Shown here: positions 52,401 through 64,000 of the stretch, piece by piece
Layout of the letters: the number at the start of each line of letters is the position of its first letter
Position numbering within the stretch: the first letter of the stretch is position 1
Assembly: GCA_964016885.1 (NCBI GenBank)
Contig: OZ024745.1
Location: 11,160,001 to 11,224,000 of the forward strand
Length of the DNA: 64,000 nucleotides
Reading direction: 5' to 3'
Source of the DNA: Eledone cirrhosa
Lineage: Eukaryota
The notes under the pieces: model-generated
Told to the model about the DNA's origin: nothing
The model's database searches: none
Seen by the model: the letters and a program-made list of their open reading frames with translations, nothing else
Made by a program: the position numbers and the translations under genes

Positions 52401-55400
52401 ACAGTAACTAAACATATGATAGTAACCAAACATATGATAGTAACTAAACATATGATAGTAACTAAACATATGGTAGTAACTAAACATATGGTAGTAACTA
52501 AACATATGATAGTAACTAACCATATGGTAGTAACTAAACATATGGTAGTAACTAAACATATGATAGTAACTAAACATATGATAGTAACTAACCATATGGT
52601 AGTAACTAAACATATGGTAGTAACTAAACATATGGTAGTAACTAAACATATGACTGTAACTAAACATATGGTAGTAACTAAACATATGGTAGTAACTAAA
52701 CATATGGTAGTAACTAAACATATGATAGTAACTAAACATATGGTAGTAAGTAAACATATGATAGTAACTAAACATATGGTAGTAACTAAACATATGGTAG
52801 TAACTAAACATATGCTAGTAACTAAACATATGACAGTAACTAAACAATTGGTAGTAACTAAACATATGGTAGTAACTAAACATATGGTAGTAACTAAACA
52901 TATGGTAGTAACTAAACATATGATAGTAAATAAACATAGGATAGTAATTCAACATGATATTAACTAAACATATGGTAGTAACTAAATATGATAGTAACTA
53001 AACATATGGTAGTAACTAAACATATGACAGTAACTAAACAATTGGTAGTAACTAAACATATGGTAGTAACTAAACATATGGTAGTAACTAAACATATGGT
53101 AGTAACTAAACATAAGGTAGTAACTAAACATATGACAGTAACTAAACATATGATAGTAACTAAACATATGGGAGAAACTAAATATATGACAGTAACTAAA
53201 CATATGATAGTAACTAAACATAGGATAGTAACTAAACATATGACTGTAACTAAACATGATAGTAACTAAACATATGGTAGTAACTAAACATTTGATGGTA
53301 ACTAAACATATGGTAGTAACTAAACATATGGTGGTAACTAAACATATGGTAGTAACTAAACAAATGATAGTAACTAAACATATGATAGTAACTAAACATA
53401 TGATAGTAACTAAACATATGGTAGTAAGTAAACATATGACAGTAACTAAACAATTGGTAGTAACTAAACATATGGTAGTAACTAAACATATGATAGTAAC
53501 TAAACATATGGTAGTAACTAAACATATGACAGTAACTAAACATATGATAGTAACTAAACATATGGGAGTAACTAAATATATGACAGTAACTAAACATATG
53601 ATAGTAACTAAACATAGGATAGTAACTAAACATATGACTGTAACTAAACATATGACAGTAAGTAAACATATCATAGTAACTAAACATAGGATAGTAACTA
53701 AACATATGGTAGTAACTAAACATATGGTAGTAACTAAACATATGGTAGTAACTAAACAAATGATAGTAACTAAACATATGATAGTAACTAAACATATGAT
53801 AGTAACTAAACTTATGGTAGTAACTAAACATATGGTAGTAACTAAACATATGGTAGTAACTAAAGATGATAATAACTAAACATATGGTAGTAACTAAACA
53901 TGATAGTAACTGAACATATGATAGTAACTAAACATATGGTAGTAACTAAACATATCATAGTAACTAAACCTATGATAGGAACTAAACATATGGAAGTAAC
54001 TAAACATATGACAGTAACTAAACATATGGTAGTAACTAAACATATGGTAGTAACTAAACATGATAGTAACTAAACATGGTAGTAACTAAACATATGATAG
54101 TAACTAAACATATGGTAGTAACTAAACATATGGTAGTAACTAAACATGATAGTAACTAAACATATGGTAGTAACTAATCATATGATAGTAACTAAACATA
54201 TGGTAGTAACTAAACATATGACAGTAAGTAAACATATGGTAGTAACTAAACATATGGTAGTAACTAAACATATGGTAGTAACTAAACATATGGTAGTAAC
54301 TAAACATATTATAGTAACTAAACATATGGTAGTATCTAAACATATGGTAGTAACTAAACATATGATAGTAACTAAACATATGATAGTAACTAAACATATG
54401 GTAGTAACTAAACATATGGTAGTAATTATACATGATAGTAACTAAACATGGTAGTAACTAAACATATGATAGTAACTAAACATATGGTAGTAACTAAACA
54501 TATGACAGTAACTAAACATATGGTAGTAACTAAACATATGGTAGTAACTAAAAATATGGTAGTAACTAAACATATGATAGTAACTAACCAAATGATAGCA
54601 ACTAAACTTATGGTAGTAACTAAACATATGGTAGTAACTAAACATATGACAGTAACTAAACATATGGTAGCAACTAAACATATGGTAGTAACTAAACATA
54701 TGGTAGTAACTAAACATATGGTAGTAACTAAACATATGGTAGTAACTAATCATATGACAGTAACTAAACAAATGGTAGTAACTAAACATATGATAGTAAC
54801 TAAACATATGATAGTAACTAAACATATGGTAGTAACTAAACATATGGTAGTAACTAAACATATGATAGTAACTAAACATATGGTAGTAACTAAACATATG
54901 GTAGTAACTAAACATATGCTAGTAACTAAACATATGACAGTAACTAAACAATTGGTAGTAACTAAACATATGGTAGTAACTAAACATATGGTAGTAACTA
55001 AACATATGGTAGTAACTAAACATATGATAGTAAATAAACATAGGATAGTAATTCAACATGATATTAACTAAACATATGGTAGTAACTAAATATGATAGTA
55101 ACTAAACATATGGTAGTAACTAAACATATGACAGTAACTAAACAATTGGTAGTAACTAAACATATGGTAGTAACTAAACATATGGTAGTAACTAAACATA
55201 TGGTAGTAACTAAACATAAGGTAGTAACTAAACATATGACAGTAACTAAACATATGATAGTAACTAAACATATGGGAGAAACTAAATATATGACAGTAAC
55301 TAAACATATGATAGTAACTAAACATAGGATAGTAACTAAACATATGACTGTAACTAAACATGATAGTAACTAAACATATGGTAGTAACTAAACATTTGAT

Positions 55401-58400
55401 GGTAACTAAACATATGGTAGTAACTAAACATATGGTGGTAACTAAACATATGGTAGTAACTAAACAAATGATAGTAACTAAACATATGATAGTAACTAAA
55501 CATATGATAGTAACTAAACATATGGTAGTAAGTAAACATATGACAGTAACTAAACAATTGGTAGTAACTAAACATATGGTAGTAACTAAACATATGATAG
55601 TAACTAAACATATGGTAGTAACTAAACATATGACAGTAACTAAACATATGATAGTAACTAAACATATGGGAGTAACTAAATATATGACAGTAACTAAACA
55701 TATGATAGTAACTAAACATAGGATAGTAACTAAACATATGACTGTAACTAAACATATGACAGTAAGTAAACATATCATAGTAACTAAACATAGGATAGTA
55801 ACTAAACATATGGTAGTAACTAAACATATGGTAGTAACTAAACATATGGTAGTAACTAAACAAATGATAGTAACTAAACATATGATAGTAACTAAACATA
55901 TGATAGTAACTAAACTTATGGTAGTAACTAAACATATGGTAGTAACTAAACATATGGTAGTAACTAAAGATGATAATAACTAAACATATGGTAGTAACTA
56001 AACATGATAGTAACTGAACATATGATAGTAACTAAACATATGGTAGTAACTAAACATATCATAGTAACTAAACCTATGATAGGAACTAAACATATGGAAG
56101 TAACTAAACATATGACAGTAACTAAACATATGGTAGTAACTAAACATATGGTAGTAACTAAACATGATAGTAACTAAACATGGTAGTAACTAAACATATG
56201 ATAGTAACTAAACATATGGTAGTAACTAAACATATGGTAGTAACTAAACATGATAGTAACTAAACATATGGTAGTAACTAATCATATGATAGTAACTAAA
56301 CATATGGTAGTAACTAAACATATGACAGTAAGTAAACATATGGTAGTAACTAAACATATGGTAGTAACTAAACATATGGTAGTAACTAAACATATGGTAG
56401 TAACTAAACATATTATAGTAACTAAACATATGGTAGTATCTAAACATATGGTAGTAACTAAACATATGATAGTAACTAAACATATGATAGTAACTAAACA
56501 TATGGTAGTAACTAAACATATGGTAGTAATTATACATGATAGTAACTAAACATGGTAGTAACTAAACATATGATAGTAACTAAACATATGGTAGTAACTA
56601 AACATATGACAGTAACTAAACATATGGTAGTAACTAAACATATGGTAGTAACTAAAAATATGGTAGTAACTAAACATATGATAGTAACTAACCAAATGAT
56701 AGCAACTAAACTTATGGTAGTAACTAAACATATGGTAGTAACTAAACATATGACAGTAACTAAACATATGGTAGCAACTAAACATATGGTAGTAACTAAA
56801 CATATGGTAGTAACTAAACATATGGTAGTAACTAAACATATGGTAGTAACTAATCATATGACAGTAACTAAACAAATGGTAGTAACTAAACATATGATAG
56901 TAACTAAACATATGGGAGTAATTAAACATATGATATCATCTAAACATATGATAGTAACTAAACATATGATAGTAACTAAACATATGATAGTAACTAAACA
57001 TATGGTAGTAACTAAACATATGTTAGTAACTAAACATATGATAGTAACTAAACATATGGTAGTAACTAAACATATGATAGTAACTAAACATGATAGTAAC
57101 TAAACATATGGTAGTAACTAAACATATGATAGTAACTAAACATATGGTAGTAACTAAACATATGATAGTAACTAAACATATGGTAGTAACTAAACATATG
57201 ATAGTAACTAAACATATGATAGTAACTAAATATATGGTAGTAACTAAACATATGACAGTAACTAAACATATGGTAGTAACTATACATATGACAGTAACTA
57301 AACATATGGTAGTAACTAAACATATGGTAGTAACTAAACATATGGTAGTAACTAAACATATGGTAGTAACTAAACATATGACAGTAACTAAACATATGGT
57401 AGTAACTAAACATATTGTAGTAACTAAACATATGGTAGTAACTAAACATATGGTAGTAACTAAACATGATAGCAACTAAACATATGACAGTAACTAAACA
57501 TACGATAGTAACTAAACATATGGTAGTAAATAAACATATGGTAGTAACTAAACATGATAATAACTAAACATATGGTAGTAACTAAACATGATAGTAACTA
57601 AACATATGGTAGTAACTAAACATATGGTAGTAACTAAACATATGGAAGTAACTAAACATATGATAGTAACTAAACATATGATAGTAACTAAACATATGGT
57701 AGTAACTAAACATATGGTAGTAACTAAACATGATAGAAACTAAACATATGGTAGTAACTAAACATATGATAGTAACTAAACATATGGTAGTAACTAAACA
57801 TATGACAGTAACTAAACATATGGTAGTAACTAAACATATGGTAGTAACTAAACATATGGTAGTAACTAAACATATGGTATTAACTAAACATGTGACAGTA
57901 ACTAAACATATGATAGTAACTAAACATATGGTAGTAACTAAACATATAGTAGTAACTAAACATGATAGTAACTAAACATATGGTAGTAACTAAACATATG
58001 ACAGTAACTAAACATATGACAGTAACTAAACATATGGTAGTAACTAAACATATGGTAGTAACTAAACATATGATAGTAACTAAACATATGGTAGTAACTA
58101 AACATATGGTAGTAACTAAACATATGGTAGTAACTAAACATATGGTAGTAACTAAACATATGGTAGTAACTAAACATATGACAGTAACTAAACATATGGT
58201 AGTAACTAAACATATGGTAGTAACTAAACATATGACAGTAACTAAACATATGGTAGCAACTAAACATATGGTAGTAACTAAACATATGGTAGTAACTAAA
58301 CATATGGTAGTAACTAAACATATGGTAGTAACTAATCATATGACAGTAACTAAACAAATGGTAGTAACTAAACATATGATAGTAACTAAACATATGATAG

Positions 58401-61400
58401 TAACTAAACATATGGTAGTAACTAAACATATGGTAGTAACTAAACATATGATAGTAACTAAACATATGGTAGTAACTAAACATTTGGTAGTAACTAAATA
58501 TTTGGTAGTAACTAAACATATGATAGTAACTAAACATATGGTAGTAACTAAACATATGGTAGTAACTAAACATATGATAGCAACTAAACATATGATAGCA
58601 ACTAAACATATGGTAGTAACTAAACATATGGTAGTAACTAAACATATGATAGTAACTAAACATATGGCAGTAATTAAACATATGATAGTAACTAAACATA
58701 TGGTAGTAACTAAATATATGGTAGTAACTAAACATATGACAGTAACTAAACATATGATAGTAACTAAACATATGGCAGTAATTAAACATATGATAGCATC
58801 TAAACATATGATAGTAACTAAACATATGATAGTAACTAAACATATGATAGTAACTAAACATATGACAGTAACTAAACATATGCTAGTAACTAAACATATG
58901 GTAGTAACTAAACATATGGTAGTAACTAAACATTTGGTAGTAACTAAACATATGATAGCAACTAAACATATGGTAGTAACTAAACATATGACAGTAACTA
59001 AACATATGGTAGTAACTAAACATTTTGTAGTAACTAAACATATGGTAGTAACTAAACATTTGGTAGTAACTAAACATATGATAGCAACTAAACATATGAT
59101 AGTAACTAAACATATGACAGTAACTAAACATATGATAGTAACTAAACATATGATAGTAACTAAACATATGGTAGTAACTAAACATATGGTAGTAACTAAA
59201 CATATGACAGTAACTAAACATATGGTAGTAACTAAACATATGGTAGTAATTAAACATTTGGTAGTAACTAAACATATGATAGCAACTAAACATATGATAG
59301 TAACTAAACATATGACAGTAACTAAACATATGGTAGTAACTAAACATTGACAGTAACTAAACATATGATAGTAACTAAACATATGTTCGTAACTAAGCAT
59401 ATGATAGCAACTAAACATATGAGAGTAACTAAACATATGGTAGTAACTAAACATATGATAGTAACTAAACATATTGCAGTAATTAAACATATGATAGTAA
59501 CTAAACATATGGTAGTAACTAAATATATGGTAGTAACTAAACATATGACAGTAACTAAACATATGATAGTAACTAAACATATGGCAGTAATTAAACATAT
59601 GATAGCATCTAAACATATGATAGTAACTAAACATATGATAGTAACTAAACATATGATAGTAACTAAACATATGTTAGTAACTAAACATATGGTAGTAACT
59701 AAACATATGGTAGTAACTAAACATATGTTAGTAACTAAACATATGATAGTAACTAAACATATAGTAATAACTAAACATATGATAGTAACTAAACATATGG
59801 TAATAACTAAACATATGATAGTAACTAAACATAGGATAGTAACTAAACATATGATAGTAACTAAGCATGATAGTAACTAAACATATGTTAGTAACTAAAC
59901 ATATGGTAGTAACTAAACATATGGTAGTAACTAAACATATGGTAGTAACTAAACATATGGTAGTAACTCAACATATGGTAGTAACTAAACATATGGTAGT
60001 AACTAAACATATGGTAGTAACTAAACATATGACAGCAACTAAACATATGGTAGTAACTAAACATATGGTAGTAACTAAACATATGGTAGTAACTAAACAC
60101 ATGGTAGTAACTAAACATATGGTAGTAACTAAACATATGACAGTAACTAAACATATGGTAGTAACTAAATATATGATAGTAACAAAACATATGAGAGTAA
60201 CTAAACATATGGTAGTAACTAAACATATGGTAGTAACTAAACATATGACAGTAACTAAACATATGATAGTAACCAAACATATGATAGTAACTAAACATAT
60301 GATAGTAACTAAACATATGGTAGTAACTAAACATATGGTAGTAACTAAACATATGATAGTAACTAACCATATGGTAGTAACTAAACATATGGTAGTAACT
60401 AAACATATGATAGTAACTAAACATATGATAGTAACTAACCATATGGTAGTAACTAAACATATGGTAGTAACTAAACATATGGTAGTAACTAAACATATGA
60501 CTGTAACTAAACATATGGTAGTAACTAAACATATGGTAGTAACTAAACATATGGTAGTAACTAAACATATGATAGTAACTAAACATATGGTAGTAAGTAA
60601 ACATATGATAGTAACTAAACATATGGTAGTAACTAAACATATGGTAGTAACTAAACATATGCTAGTAACTAAACATATGACAGTAACTAAACAATTGGTA
60701 GTAACTAAACATATGGTAGTAACTAAACATATGGTAGTAACTAAACATATGGTAGTAACTAAACATATGATAGTAAATAAACATAGGATAGTAATTCAAC
60801 ATGATATTAACTAAACATATGGTAGTAACTAAATATGATAGTAACTAAACATATGGTAGTAACTAAACATATGACAGTAACTAAACAATTGGTAGTAACT
60901 AAACATATGGTAGTAACTAAACATATGGTAGTAACTAAACATATGGTAGTAACTAAACATAAGGTAGTAACTAAACATATGACAGTAACTAAACATATGA
61001 TAGTAACTAAACATATGGGAGAAACTAAATATATGACAGTAACTAAACATATGATAGTAACTAAACATAGGATAGTAACTAAACATATGACTGTAACTAA
61101 ACATGATAGTAACTAAACATATGGTAGTAACTAAACATTTGATGGTAACTAAACATATGGTAGTAACTAAACATATGGTGGTAACTAAACATATGGTAGT
61201 AACTAAACAAATGATAGTAACTAAACATATGATAGTAACTAAACATATGATAGTAACTAAACATATGGTAGTAAGTAAACATATGACAGTAACTAAACAA
61301 TTGGTAGTAACTAAACATATGGTAGTAACTAAACATATGATAGTAACTAAACATATGGTAGTAACTAAACATATGACAGTAACTAAACATATGATAGTAA

Positions 61401-64000
61401 CTAAACATATGGGAGTAACTAAATATATGACAGTAACTAAACATATGATAGTAACTAAACATAGGATAGTAACTAAACATATGACTGTAACTAAACATAT
61501 GACAGTAAGTAAACATATCATAGTAACTAAACATAGGATAGTAACTAAACATATGGTAGTAACTAAACATATGGTAGTAACTAAACATATGGTAGTAACT
61601 AAACAAATGATAGTAACTAAACATATGATAGTAACTAAACATATGATAGTAACTAAACTTATGGTAGTAACTAAACATATGGTAGTAACTAAACATATGG
61701 TAGTAACTAAAGATGATAATAACTAAACATATGGTAGTAACTAAACATGATAGTAACTGAACATATGATAGTAACTAAACATATGGTAGTAACTAAACAT
61801 ATCATAGTAACTAAACCTATGATAGGAACTAAACATATGGAAGTAACTAAACATATGACAGTAACTAAACATATGGTAGTAACTAAACATATGGTAGTAA
61901 CTAAACATGATAGTAACTAAACATGGTAGTAACTAAACATATGATAGTAACTAAACATATGGTAGTAACTAAACATATGGTAGTAACTAAACATGATAGT
62001 AACTAAACATATGGTAGTAACTAATCATATGATAGTAACTAAACATATGGTAGTAACTAAACATATGACAGTAAGTAAACATATGGTAGTAACTAAACAT
62101 ATGGTAGTAACTAAACATATGGTAGTAACTAAACATATGGTAGTAACTAAACATATTATAGTAACTAAACATATGGTAGTATCTAAACATATGGTAGTAA
62201 CTAAACATATGATAGTAACTAAACATATGATAGTAACTAAACATATGGTAGTAACTAAACATATGGTAGTAATTATACATGATAGTAACTAAACATGGTA
62301 GTAACTAAACATATGATAGTAACTAAACATATGGTAGTAACTAAACATATGACAGTAACTAAACATATGGTAGTAACTAAACATATGGTAGTAACTAAAA
62401 ATATGGTAGTAACTAAACATATGATAGTAACTAACCAAATGATAGCAACTAAACTTATGGTAGTAACTAAACATATGGTAGTAACTAAACATATGACAGT
62501 AACTAAACATATGGTAGCAACTAAACATATGGTAGTAACTAAACATATGGTAGTAACTAAACATATGGTAGTAACTAAACATATGGTAGTAACTAATCAT
62601 ATGACAGTAACTAAACAAATGGTAGTAACTAAACATATGATAGTAACTAAACATATGATAGTAACTAAACATATGGTAGTAACTAAACATATGGTAGTAA
62701 CTAAACATATGATAGTAACTAAACATATGGTAGTAACTAAACATTTGGTAGTAACTAAATATTTGGTAGTAACTAAACATATGATAGTAACTAAACATAT
62801 GGTAGTAACTAAACATATGGTAGTAACTAAACATATGATAGCAACTAAACATATGATAGCAACTAAACATATGGTAGTAACTAAACATATGGTAGTAACT
62901 AAACATATGATAGTAACTAAACATATGTTAGTAACTAAACATATGGTAGTAACTAAACATTTGGTAGTAACTAAATATATGACAGTAACTAAACATTTGG
63001 TAGTAACTAAACATTTGGTAGTAACTAAACATATGATAGCAACTAAACATATGATAGTAACTAAACATATGACAGTAACTAAACATATGGTAGTAACTAA
63101 ACATATGACAGTAACTAAACATATGAAAGTAACTAAACATATGTTAGTAACTAAGCATATGATAGCAACTAAACATATGAGAGTAACTAAACATATGGTA
63201 GTAACTAAACATATGATAGTAACTAAACATATGGCAGTAATTAAACATATGATAGTAACTAAACATATGGTAGTAACTAAATATATGGTAGTAACTAAAC
63301 ATATGACAGTAACTAAACATATGATAGTAACTAAACATATGGCAGTAATTAAACATATGATAGCATCTAAACATATGATAGTAACTAAACATATGATAGT
63401 AACTAAACATATGATAGTAACTAAACATATGACAGTAACTAAACATATGCTAGTAACTAAACATATGGTAGTAACTAAACATATGGTAGTAACTAAACAT
63501 TTGGTAGTAACTAAACATATGATAGCAACTAAACATATGGTAGTAACTAAACATATGACAGTAACTAAACATATGGTAGTAACTAAACATTTTGTAGTAA
63601 CTAAACATATGGTAGTAACTAAACATTTGGTAGTAACTAAACATATGATAGCAACTAAACATATGATAGTAACTAAACATATGACAGTAACTAAACATAT
63701 GATAGTAACTAAACATATGATAGTAACTAAACATATGGTAGTAACTAAACATATGGTAGTAACTAAACATATGACAGTAACTAAACATATGGTAGTAACT
63801 AAACATATGGTAGTAATTAAACATTTGGTAGTAACTAAACATATGATAGCAACTAAACATATGATAGTAACTAAACATATGACAGTAACTAAACATATGG
63901 TAGTAACTAAACATTGACAGTAACTAAACATATGATAGTAACTAAACATATGTTCGTAACTAAGCATATGATAGCAACTAAACATATGAGAGTAACTAAA
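43488..64000. repeat. 18-bp satellite array (>1100 units, runs off right edge)
   Basis: Unit AACTAAACATATGGTAGT with GATA/GACA variants and occasional 16-bp units; 6-aa period in the ORF track. Confidence 0.99.

Noticed and set aside
43414-64000. MVVTKH / MFSYYH / ICLVTT repeat ORFs
   Set aside because: 18-bp satellite open in several frames on both strands and broken by 16-bp units.

Overview
Eukaryotic, AT-rich, repeat-dominated DNA. The tRNA-like SINEs and abundant (TA)n look octopus/coleoid-like; this is an inference and was not checked. About 75% of the window is three giant tandem arrays, each with kb-scale higher-order duplications: an 81-bp unit (1-~16.7 kb), a 51-bp unit (~23.9-34.5 kb) and an 18-bp unit (43.5 kb to the end). 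Their unit lengths are multiples of 3, which explains almost all ORFs in the track, and I treat those as non-coding. The ~16 kb of non-array DNA holds: a 5'-truncated Tx1/L1-type LINE with an intact 600-aa RT-to-C-terminus ORF, inserted (8-bp TSD) into an element with ~195-bp inverted termini; a decayed Penelope-like RT; several SINEs; a 310-bp palindrome; and seven minimal type-I hammerhead-ribozyme motifs (intact to decayed) from about six families, mostly followed by AATAAA and docked at (TA)n. A phase-compatible chain of small minus-strand exons may encode an unrecognised membrane protein. One of its acceptors is built directly from the 18-bp satellite, and another is an AG|GTAAG recursive-type site. 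At least two arrays appear to have been born inside dispersed mobile elements. All calls were made by eye; no searches were run.
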